From contig CAZVLW010000001.1 of the NCBI GenBank assembly GCA_964628705.1, positions 3,298 through 39,061 of the forward strand: a DNA stretch of 35,764 bases, written 5' to 3'. Origin of the DNA: an uncultured Gammaproteobacteria bacterium. GTDB taxonomy: Bacteria; Patescibacteriota; Patescibacteriia; UBA2196; GWA2-42-15. Of the stretch, positions 1 to 7,411 are shown piece by piece (positions within the stretch are counted from its first letter, which is position 1; each line of letters opens with the position of its first letter). Under the pieces are notes generated by a model. The model had not been told where the DNA came from. It saw nothing but the letters and a program-made list of their open reading frames with translations, and did no database searches. Made by a program: the position numbers and the translations under genes.

Positions 1-2
1 CC

Positions 3-80
3 GGTGAGGAGGAAGATGAAGCACAAAAACAAGAAGATCAATCAGCCAAAAACCCGTCAGAAAATAAGGGCAAAGAGTAA
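3..80 (+). CDS. 3' end of an ORF entering from outside the window (acidic tail ...GEEEDEAQKQEDQSAKNPSENKGKE*)
   Basis: Frame 3 is open from the window edge to TAA at 78-80. No recognisable domain, and too short to judge. Confidence 0.25.
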   Translation, partial: GEEEDEAQKQEDQSAKNPSENKGKE

Positions 81-100
81 ATTTTAATAAATTTTTTAAA

Positions 101-1210
101 ATGAAATTTAAATTTAACATTGAGACTATATTCAAATACCAACTGATACTGTTAGTTGGTATTTTAGTTGTGGCTATTTTATTTGCACTTTATAATTTAA
201 CCATAAACCTAATCAAATACAACAATTTAGCTAAACTAGATCAATATCAACAGCTGGTAGATAAAAAAGAAAAAACATCAAAAACAGTTAATCAAGTTTA
301 TGCTCGCTTAGATGGCAGCCTGGTGGCGGAAAATATGAAAAATTTATTTCCAACTGCCGTAGTAGTTGACAACCATATAGATGCACTGCCCAACTATGGA
401 CTGTCTCAAGCAAATTTAATCTATGAAGCTTTGGTAGAGGGTGGCGCTACTAGATTTTTAGCACTTTATACACCACACAGCGATAAAGAGATTAGAAAAA
501 TAGGCCCTGTCAGGTCAGCTAGACCATATTTCGTGGAACTAGCTAAGGAATATGATGCCATGCTGGCGCACTCCGGGGGCTCACCCACAGCTTTGAATTT
601 AATTAAACAATTAAGCGTTAACAATTTAGAAGAAATAGCTTGGTGGGGACCTGATTATTTTTGGCGTGTTTATTCGCGAGAAGCTCCGCATAATTTATTT
701 ACTTCAAACCAAAATTTAGCGCAAGCCCTGATAGATTGGGAGCTGGCAGACAAAAAACCTAATTATAGAACGTGGTTATTTGAAAAAAACACTACTCTCT
801 CTCTATCTAACTCCCCGATCCAGCAAATTCATATAAAAATATCAGATGACAATAGATATAACTCAACTTTTAAATATAGTAGTTCAACTAATAGCTATAT
901 CCGTTTTCAAAATAATAAAAAACACATAGATGCCTTAAATAATAAAGCCATTCAGATAAAGAATATTATTATTCAAAAAATTAATCCGCCTCGCATTAAA
1001 GATGAAATTGGCAGATTGGAGGTAGACTTAGTGGGACAAGCTGAGGCTGTTATTTTCAAAAATGGAGAAAAAATAGACGCCATCTGGAGAAAAAGAAATC
1101 TCCAATCACGAACTGTTTTTTATGATTTAAGTGGCGATGAAGTGTTATTTGAGCCGGGCTTAAGCTGGTTAATACTCATACCGAAAAATAAATCAATAGA
1201 GTATAAATAA
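101..1210 (+). CDS. DUF3048 (YerB-like) domain protein, N-terminal membrane anchor
   Basis: The segment VVVDNHIDALPNYGLSQANLIYEALVEGGATRFLALY...IGPVRSARPYF...GGSPTA matches the conserved DUF3048 N-domain pattern. A hydrophobic N-terminal helix is present. Confidence 0.8.
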   Translation: MKFKFNIETIFKYQLILLVGILVVAILFALYNLTINLIKYNNLAKLDQYQQLVDKKEKTSKTVNQVYARLDGSLVAENMKNLFPTAVVVDNHIDALPNYGLSQANLIYEALVEGGATRFLALYTPHSDKEIRKIGPVRSARPYFVELAKEYDAMLAHSGGSPTALNLIKQLSVNNLEEIAWWGPDYFWRVYSREAPHNLFTSNQNLAQALIDWELADKKPNYRTWLFEKNTTLSLSNSPIQQIHIKISDDNRYNSTFKYSSSTNSYIRFQNNKKHIDALNNKAIQIKNIIIQKINPPRIKDEIGRLEVDLVGQAEAVIFKNGEKIDAIWRKRNLQSRTVFYDLSGDEVLFEPGLSWLILIPKNKSIEYK

Positions 1211-1267
1211 AAACCACAAATGAATGGGGTTTTTGATTATAAATATAATCCATATTTAAGGGGAGCT

Positions 1268-1370
1268 ACAAGGACAGTTTTTTAATTTTACATTTAAAAG
1301 ACTGTTCTTGAGTAAAGCGCAAGGTATTTAACACCTAAGAACAGTCCTGCTAACGCAGAACTGTCCTTGT
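1268..1370 (-). repeat. Nested inverted repeats built from four copies of an 11-12-nt motif (AGGAC[A/T]GTTCT and its reverse complement)
   Basis: 1268-1279 ACAAGGACAGTT is the exact reverse complement of 1359-1370. 1298-1309 pairs with 1337-1348 in 11 of 12 positions. The single mismatch becomes a U.G wobble only in minus-sense RNA. Confidence 0.6.
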
Positions 1371-1407
1371 GAAAGTATAGATAGTTGGTATAAGTTTTGA
1401 ATAAATG

Positions 1408-1437
1408 TGCTATTAAAAATTCCAGTGGTGCAGGATT
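1408..1437 (-). repeat. Partial direct copy of the tRNA-Lys 3' end plus its downstream flank (pseudo-att / tRNA fragment)
   Basis: tgctattaaaaattccagtggtgcaggatt (1408-1437) matches tgctattaaaattccgtcgtgcaggatt (1614-1641) with 2 mismatches and 1 indel. Weaker similarity extends about 15 nt further. Confidence 0.7.
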
Positions 1438-1441
1438 TTTA

Positions 1442-1551
1442 CCCCATACCAAAGCTATGAGATGACTTGATTGCTGCCAGACAAGAGCCGGAGGCGCTAT
1501 CAAATTAAGTCCTAAACTTATAGCAATTTTGTGTTTAGCTTTGGTGTGGGG
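1442..1551. repeat. 110-bp element bounded by 16-bp inverted repeats (long hairpin or MITE-like)
   Basis: CCCCATACCAAAGCTA (1442-1457) pairs with TAGCTTTGGTGTGGGG (1536-1551) over 16 bp with one T.G. An inner ATTGCT/AGCAAT pairing extends the helix. Confidence 0.55.
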
Positions 1552-1625
1552 CGAACCTTTATAAAAATAGAAGCTGGTGGTTAAAATATAGCTGGTGTAA
1601 GCTTCAAATAACATGCTATTAAAAT

Positions 1626-1698
1626 TCCGTCGTGCAGGATTCGAACCTGCGACCTTCTGCTTAAAAGGCAGCTGCTCTACCAACTGAGCTAACGACGG
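1626..1698 (-). tRNA. tRNA-Lys (anticodon UUU), no encoded CCA
   Basis: The minus-strand sequence CCGTCGTTAGCTCAGTTGGTAGAGCAGCTGCCTTTTAAGCAGAAGGTCGCAGGTTCGAATCCTGCACGACGGA folds as a cloverleaf. It has a 7-bp acceptor stem, a GCTC/GAGC D-stem, anticodon loop CTTTTAA and T-loop GGTTCGAATCC. It is near-identical in layout to E. coli tRNA-Lys. Confidence 0.93.
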
Positions 1699-1861
1699 AA
1701 AATTAAAATAAAAGTATAAAAAAAGAAAAACTGGCTCCTGCCACTTAAAAATATAATAGCAAACTAAAAATAAAATTGCAAGCTTTTTTTTTCAAATAAA
1801 ATGTGGTAAGATTAAATTAATTTAAAATTTTTAATTAACTAACACTCAATCATAAAAAAAT

Positions 1862-3451
1862 ATGAAAACTAAAAAAAATAAGCGGGATATAAATGAATAT
1901 AGCGGAGAATTTAAAAAAATTATCATTTTTATTTTGATGTTTGTTCTGTTGGCCGGGCTAACTTACTTAGTTGACAAACAAACCGCATCTGACAGCCAAG
2001 CCAAAACCAATCTGGATCTATATGTAATGAGCCAATGCCCTTATGGCACACAAGCTGAAGATTTGGTTAAGCAAAGTATGGAGGGATTTGAAGACTATAT
2101 CAACTTCAATGTAGAATATATTGCCACTCAAAACCAAAATGGAGAATTAAGCTCCCTGCATGGACCAAGCGAAGTGCAGGGCAACAAATATCAGCTGTGC
2201 GTAAAAAAATATTATCCGCAAAAATTTTGGGATTATTTAACTTGCCAAAATAAAGATTATCAAAATTTAACAGCCACATTTCAAAGTTGTGCTGAAGAAA
2301 ATGAATTGAATTTTGATAAAATAGAAAAGTGTGCTACTAGTAAGGAGGCAAATGAATTACTCAGTCAAAGTATTCACAAAGCCAATTCTTTGGGTGTTAC
2401 AGCCAGTCCTACTTTTTATCTCAATCATGAAAAATACGAAGGGCCTCGGACAAAATTAGCTCTACAGCGTAAATATTGCAGTGTTTTAGACAATCAGCCA
2501 GAAAAATGTGACCAGCTGCCACAACAAAGTAAATTTACAGCTTATCTAATCTATGATTCAAGATGCCAAAAGGAAGAATGCCAAACCGAAAATTTAACAG
2601 CACAACTTAAAAATAATTTTGCCACTATAGAGTTTGAAAAAATTGATTATGCCAACCCTCAAGGAAAGGAATTTTATCAAAAATATGAACTAGACAAATT
2701 GCCGGCTGTATTGTTTGAGCAAGCCATTAAACAAACTGATAATTTTAATCAAATTTCAAACTATCTAACTCCCGAGCAAGAGTTGTATAAATTGGCTATT
2801 GGCGCCAGCCATGACCCTACCCAAGAGATATGTGAAAATGGTATAGATGATACTGGCAATGGATTGGTTGATTGTCAAGACGATGAGTGTAGTAGTAATT
2901 TGGTTTGCCGAGTAGAGAAAAAAAACAAATTGGATTTATTTGTGATGAGTATGTGCCCTTATGGCACTCGTGCTATGGAAGCAATGGTGGAAGTTTTGGA
3001 TAATTTTAAAGACATAAATTTTGAAATACACTATATCGCCGATGAAACTCAGGACGGAAGTTTTCAATCACTGCATGGACAAAAGGAGGTGGATGAAAAT
3101 ATAAGAGAATTGTGCGCTATGAAATATTATCCGCAAAGCTACCTGGAATATATTGGGTGCCGCAACAATGACCTAAACCAAGATTGGCAAAAATGTGCTA
3201 CTGGTTTTCCAAAAATAAAAAACTGCTTTGACGGACAAGAGGGTAAAAATCTACTCAGCCAAGATATACAATTGGCCGAAGAATTAAATATAAGCGCCAG
3301 CCCAACATGGTTAGTTAATAATAAATATATATTTAATGGCATAGATGCAGAAACTGTGCGCAAAAATTATTGCCAATACAATGATGTCAAAGGGTGTGAT
3401 AATAATACTTTAAGCCAAAATAAAGCCACACAGACAGGGGCTTGCAACTAA
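1862..3451 (+). CDS. Membrane-anchored exported protein with two GILT/thioredoxin-like modules joined by a Cys-rich linker
   Basis: N-terminal TM helix. Module 1 reads LDLYVMSQCPYGTQAE...SSLHGPSEVQGNKYQLC. Module 2 reads LDLFVMSMCPYGTRAME...QSLHGQKEVDENIRELC. The linker is CENGIDDTGNGLVDCQDDECSSNLVC. The pattern resembles the GILT family (LCxxC ... CQHGxxEC.gN..q.C). Confidence 0.5.
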   Translation: MKTKKNKRDINEYSGEFKKIIIFILMFVLLAGLTYLVDKQTASDSQAKTNLDLYVMSQCPYGTQAEDLVKQSMEGFEDYINFNVEYIATQNQNGELSSLHGPSEVQGNKYQLCVKKYYPQKFWDYLTCQNKDYQNLTATFQSCAEENELNFDKIEKCATSKEANELLSQSIHKANSLGVTASPTFYLNHEKYEGPRTKLALQRKYCSVLDNQPEKCDQLPQQSKFTAYLIYDSRCQKEECQTENLTAQLKNNFATIEFEKIDYANPQGKEFYQKYELDKLPAVLFEQAIKQTDNFNQISNYLTPEQELYKLAIGASHDPTQEICENGIDDTGNGLVDCQDDECSSNLVCRVEKKNKLDLFVMSMCPYGTRAMEAMVEVLDNFKDINFEIHYIADETQDGSFQSLHGQKEVDENIRELCAMKYYPQSYLEYIGCRNNDLNQDWQKCATGFPKIKNCFDGQEGKNLLSQDIQLAEELNISASPTWLVNNKYIFNGIDAETVRKNYCQYNDVKGCDNNTLSQNKATQTGACN

Positions 3452-3469
3452 CCAGTCATGTTTTATACA

Positions 3470-3496
3470 AAAACTCTGGCATTCAGCCAGAGTTTT
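3470..3496. terminator. Bidirectional intrinsic terminator
   Basis: AAAACTCTGGC-ATTCA-GCCAGAGTTTT forms an 11-bp stem flanked by A and T runs. It lies 19 nt after the stop of the 529-aa gene. Confidence 0.7.
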
Positions 3497-3514
3497 GAAT
3501 TATAAGCAATTTAT

Positions 3515-3616
3515 CCCCCAACAGCGCCAGGACACTTAGGAAGTCCCAACTATCCTGAACTCAGCGCTACTTGATCCGGCAAGGAGGGATGCCTTCACTT
3601 TCGCAGCTGTTGAGGG
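3515..3616 (-). ncRNA. Unclassified structured small RNA candidate (three-way junction, ~100 nt core)
   Basis: A GC-rich island in AT-rich convergent intergenic DNA, lying between two terminators. The closing helix pairs 3515-3525 with 3606-3616 over 11 bp, and its only non-Watson-Crick pair is a G.U in minus sense. Two internal hairpins are present. A canonical promoter lies upstream and the terminator at 3470-3496 lies downstream on the minus strand. Confidence 0.45.
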
Positions 3617-3649
3617 AAAAGCTACTTATAAATAAAAAAGTATTAAAGT

Positions 3650-3678
3650 ATATTAACATTTATTATGACTTTTGTCAA
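3650..3678 (-). promoter_or_regulatory. Sigma70-type promoter TTGACA-17-TAATAT driving the ncRNA candidate
   Basis: On the minus strand, TTGACA is the reverse complement of 3673-3678. The spacer is 17 nt. TAATAT is the reverse complement of 3650-3655. Confidence 0.45.
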
Positions 3679-3720
3679 TGGATAATTGTTAATTTTATAT
3701 ATTTTTCCTAATCTTAGCTT

Positions 3721-3756
3721 AAAATAAAACTTACTTATTAAAGTAAGTTTTATTTT
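3721..3756. terminator. Bidirectional intrinsic terminator after the 195-aa gene
   Basis: AAAATAAAACTTACTT-ATTA-AAGTAAGTTTTATTTT is a perfect 16-bp stem, 9 nt after the stop. Confidence 0.65.
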
Positions 3757-3764
3757 CAAATATT

Positions 3765-4352
3765 TTATTGTATCTGCTGTGTACTACCTTGAATATCACC
3801 TTGCTTGTATTGTTCAATAGCAGTGACTACTTTACCGTTTTCTTTTAATTCCTCTACAAAAAGAATGTGCCGGTTATTGATTTTCATATGGTCATACGGG
3901 CCATGAATTTCGTTGCCAAGTTTAACTAAAGTTAATTGCGGCTGTTGTTGCTGGTTGGGCGGTGCTTGCTGAAGGGGGGCAGCGGCTTGCAGGTAATAAA
4001 TCTCTTCCAACAGCATCCTGTTTTGGGTGGTTTGTGTAATTTTACCAAAATAAACTTGTCCATTACTTAAAAAAACTGCGTGATATTTATCTTGGCTATA
4101 TTCAAGTGATGCCCTATTGGTTTGTGGCGCTGAACCTAAAAGATTGAGTGAAGTATATTTATCTAATAAAAGACCTGCTACTGCCAAAAACGCTATGACT
4201 ATAATTATAGTTAATAGATTACGGTAGTTTGATTTGTCTGTTTTATTTTCTTGATGAGTTTGTTTTTTTAAATTGTTGGGCATATCCAGTATAGTGCGGT
4301 TATCATCAGATTTACCCGTTGATGAGTTGTTTTTTTTAATATCCATAGCCAT
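3765..4352 (-). CDS. Hypothetical single-pass membrane protein with a Q/P-rich insert
   Basis: One TM helix (LLTIIIVIAFLAVAGLLL). No recognisable catalytic motif. Confidence 0.6.
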   Translation of the reverse strand: MAMDIKKNNSSTGKSDDNRTILDMPNNLKKQTHQENKTDKSNYRNLLTIIIVIAFLAVAGLLLDKYTSLNLLGSAPQTNRASLEYSQDKYHAVFLSNGQVYFGKITQTTQNRMLLEEIYYLQAAAPLQQAPPNQQQQPQLTLVKLGNEIHGPYDHMKINNRHILFVEELKENGKVVTAIEQYKQGDIQGSTQQIQ

Positions 4353-4405
4353 AAAGACAAAGTTAATTTTTACTATAAATAGTATAGCACATAATTAGAA
4401 TAAAA

Positions 4406-4882
4406 TTAAACCACCTCTAAAATTTTAAAAATAGTAGTGCCTTTGGGTGCTTGAAGTTCAATAGTTTCACCTTCTTTGTGCCCCAAGAAAGCACGACCAA
4501 TGGGAGATTCATTGGAAATTTTACCTGACTGGGGATCAGCTTCTTGTTTACCGACTATGGTATATTCTTTAACTTTCCCTTTATTGTCTTTAAATTTTAC
4601 CGTGGATCCAATTTTGATAATACCATCTACGGAATGATTATTTTCAATAATTTCCGCGTTTTCAATTATCTCCCCTAACTCTGAAATTCTTTTTTCCAAA
4701 AATGCTTGGTCTTCTTTGGCTGATTGATATTCCGCATTTTCACTTAAATCACCCAATTCTTTAGCCTCCTCAATGCGTTTGGCAATATTTTTTCTCTCTT
4801 GGTTAATAAGTGTATTATATTCTTTTTTTACCTTCTCATATCCTTCTGGTGTAAGGTAACTTTTGTAATTATCTTGTTGCAT
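4406..4882 (-). CDS. greA: Transcription elongation factor GreA
   Basis: The N-terminal coiled coil carries the GDLSENAEY acidic tip. The C-terminal FKBP-like domain has ISNESPIGRAFLGHKEGE. Confidence 0.92.
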   Translation of the reverse strand: MQQDNYKSYLTPEGYEKVKKEYNTLINQERKNIAKRIEEAKELGDLSENAEYQSAKEDQAFLEKRISELGEIIENAEIIENNHSVDGIIKIGSTVKFKDNKGKVKEYTIVGKQEADPQSGKISNESPIGRAFLGHKEGETIELQAPKGTTIFKILEVV

Positions 4883-4921
4883 AAATGTATTTTTATTTAT
4901 AATTTTTTGTATATGCTACAA

Positions 4922-4950
4922 ATGATATGATAAAGTTAGATAATTGTCAA
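4922..4950 (-). promoter_or_regulatory. Sigma70-type promoter TTGACA-17-TATCAT upstream of greA
   Basis: On the minus strand, TTGACA is the reverse complement of 4945-4950. The spacer is 17 nt. TATCAT is the reverse complement of 4922-4927. Confidence 0.45.
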
Positions 4951-4971
4951 CAACGGTCAATAAAAACTAAA

Positions 4972-6876
4972 CTATTGAAAATACCACTCTATAATGTCTT
5001 TAAATACCGGCACGGCCACACTTGAACCCTCTCCCCCATTTTCAATTAAAATAGTCAACACAATTTGAGGTGATTCATAAGGCGCAAAACCAACAAACCA
5101 GGCATGTGGATCTTTATCTCCGCCGACCTGCGCAGTGCCCGTTTTGCCAGCTACTTGGATATCAAGCTGGTTTAAAGATTGTGCCGATCCTAAAAGGACT
5201 GTGGTTCTTAATCCTTGGCGAATAATATCTATATTTTCGGGTGATACAAAATTTTGACTGATGACTTGAATGTGCTGATAAATACCATTTTTTTCTTGCT
5301 CATCGCTGTCAATTTTTTTAAGAATATGTGGCCTATATAAAGTCCCTCTATTGGCAAGAGTGGCAATATAATTAGTCAACTGCAATGGGGTGAGTAAAAC
5401 ATCACCTTGACCAATAGCTATATGATAGGTATCTCCAATATACCAACTTTCTTCTTTAACACGTTTTTTCCATTCTTTACTGGGTAAAAATCCACTGGCT
5501 TCACTGGGCAAATCAATACCTAATTTTGTGCCTAAATTAAACTTTTTTGCATAATTTACAATTTTTTCCAAACCTAAACCCTCAAATTCATTATAGCCGC
5601 CCCCAATATAATAAAAAAAGGTATTAACTGACTGGCCGATAGCTTTGACCACATTAACTCTGCCATGGCCGCCAACTTTCCAGTCGGGGAAAAACCACTG
5701 GCCTACGCTAATCCCGCCAGTGCTTAAAAAAGTCTTATTTTTGTCAATAATACCTTCTTCAAGAGCAGCCAGAGCAACTAAAGGCTTAAAGGTTGAACCT
5801 GGGGGATAGCTGCCTGAAATAGCGCGGTTAAATAACGGATAGGTTGGGTCTTCGAGATAGTTTATATAAGCGGCATGTTCTATGCCGGCACTAAAAAAAT
5901 TACTGTCGAAATTGGGTAAGCTAACTAAAGCTAAAATATCACCATTGTTAGGATCCATAGCTATAGCTGAAGCACTAAATTTATCTGGCATTGATTGGAG
6001 TTGCTGGTGTAAGGATTGAGTTATTTTTTTTTGTAGTTCTAAGTCAATCGTTAAATAAATATCTTGCCCGCTTTGAGCGGGGATTTTGTTAAGCACTTTT
6101 TTACTTTTACCAGTAGCGTCTATTTCCACCTCTTGTTTGCCTTCAATGCCACGTAGATAATTTTCATAATAAAGCTCAACACCGTCTTTGCCGATAGTAT
6201 CATTTATATCATAATTTTCCTGTTGATACCTTGTTAATTCAGCTTGATTTATTTTACCTACGTAGCCCAAAACGTGCGACAAAGCGGCCCCTTCAAGGTA
6301 TTGACGTTGTGGTTCATGCGCTAACTCTATGCCGGATAAATCATGGCTGGCTATTTTAAGTGATACAGCTTGTTTGTGGTTAAAATTGTCTGAGAGTTGA
6401 ATTTTTTGAAAACCCTCTTGGTGTTGTTTAAATTTGCTGATGATCTGATTAGCATCTAAGGGTAAGTGGTGTGATAATAATTCTGCTATGTGTGATAGCT
6501 CTTGTTTGTCATGAGGTAAATCACTGGGTGTAAAATAAAGTGTGAAAGTGGGAATATTTTTAACTAAAGTGTTTCCAAAACGATCATATATAATACCCCT
6601 TTCAGCTTTAATGGGCTCTATTCGGATACGATTTCCTTCAGCTACAGAATTATAATAACTACCGTGCACTATCTGAATCCAAAAAGCACGCCCTAATATA
6701 GCCAAACAGCTCAAACTGATAATTAAAATAATCAGCATTATTTTACCTGGAGGTAAGCTAAAGTTGACCCTTTCCAACTGGCCTGTTAAATCAAAAAAAC
6801 TACCTTCATGGCGGCGAGTATTGTAGCCGTCAACTTTTTTGATAGCTTGGGGTATATGAAAAGGATTGTCAGCCAT
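4972..6876 (-). CDS. mrdA: Penicillin-binding protein 2 (elongasome transpeptidase)
   Basis: N-terminal TM helix and PBP dimer domain. Transpeptidase motifs are STFK, SVN and KTGTA. Located directly downstream of mreBCD. Confidence 0.9.
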   Translation of the reverse strand: MADNPFHIPQAIKKVDGYNTRRHEGSFFDLTGQLERVNFSLPPGKIMLIILIISLSCLAILGRAFWIQIVHGSYYNSVAEGNRIRIEPIKAERGIIYDRFGNTLVKNIPTFTLYFTPSDLPHDKQELSHIAELLSHHLPLDANQIISKFKQHQEGFQKIQLSDNFNHKQAVSLKIASHDLSGIELAHEPQRQYLEGAALSHVLGYVGKINQAELTRYQQENYDINDTIGKDGVELYYENYLRGIEGKQEVEIDATGKSKKVLNKIPAQSGQDIYLTIDLELQKKITQSLHQQLQSMPDKFSASAIAMDPNNGDILALVSLPNFDSNFFSAGIEHAAYINYLEDPTYPLFNRAISGSYPPGSTFKPLVALAALEEGIIDKNKTFLSTGGISVGQWFFPDWKVGGHGRVNVVKAIGQSVNTFFYYIGGGYNEFEGLGLEKIVNYAKKFNLGTKLGIDLPSEASGFLPSKEWKKRVKEESWYIGDTYHIAIGQGDVLLTPLQLTNYIATLANRGTLYRPHILKKIDSDEQEKNGIYQHIQVISQNFVSPENIDIIRQGLRTTVLLGSAQSLNQLDIQVAGKTGTAQVGGDKDPHAWFVGFAPYESPQIVLTILIENGGEGSSVAVPVFKDIIEWYFQ

Positions 6877-6881
6877 AAAAA

Positions 6882-7391
6882 TTATCTGAGTTCACCTTTA
6901 AGTTTAACTTTAGTATTGTGAGATAAGAAGACGCTTAGCAATAATACAATTATGTGTAAAATATTTTGCCATATAAATGGCACACCAAAACGTTTTAAAT
7001 ATAGTCCCAAATTAAAGGTTTGTGCTAAAGGTAGGGCAAAAGTAACATATAATATATACCATAATAATACTGATGCCAATGAACAAAAAGCAAGTGAAAA
7101 CAAACTTTTTCCCCGAAGCAGATTATTTTTTAAAAAATAAATAAAGTAAACCTCAACTACAAAAATTAATATAAAAAAACCGAAAAAACTACTTGCGTAT
7201 AAATCCAAAACAAGCCCGACAATCAATCCATTAAATAAAGCTATGTCAAAATTGTAAAAAAAAGTTATAAAAAAAATAACCAATAGGGGTAAATTTATAT
7301 AAATATTCAAATTTCCCAAGAAAGGCAAAAATGACAAGTTTAAAAAAACTGCCATGAGACTAGCTGTTAAGCTCCAAATATATTTTGACAT
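6882..7391 (-). CDS. mreD: Rod shape-determining protein MreD
   Basis: A 169-aa polytopic membrane protein sitting between mreC and PBP2. Confidence 0.75.
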   Translation of the reverse strand: MSKYIWSLTASLMAVFLNLSFLPFLGNLNIYINLPLLVIFFITFFYNFDIALFNGLIVGLVLDLYASSFFGFFILIFVVEVYFIYFLKNNLLRGKSLFSLAFCSLASVLLWYILYVTFALPLAQTFNLGLYLKRFGVPFIWQNILHIIVLLLSVFLSHNTKVKLKGELR

Positions 7392-7411
7392 AATACAAAA
7401 TTATAAATAAA

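Noticed and set aside
1294-1683. 129-aa minus-strand ORF in the six-frame track
   Set aside because: Its 5' end is translated from the body of the tRNA-Lys gene (1626-1698). The rest covers the repeat and hairpin region. There is no coding signal, so it is spurious.
3515-3616. SRP (4.5S) RNA, 6S RNA or RNase P identity for the orphan structured RNA
   Set aside because: The size fits 4.5S and there is a UCCGGCAAGGA stretch. However, that stretch is on the strand opposite to the promoter/terminator orientation. The fold is a three-way junction rather than a single rod with a GNRA-capped helix 8. No AGCA/GGAA domain IV motif or RNase P P4 (GAGGAAAGUCC) is present.
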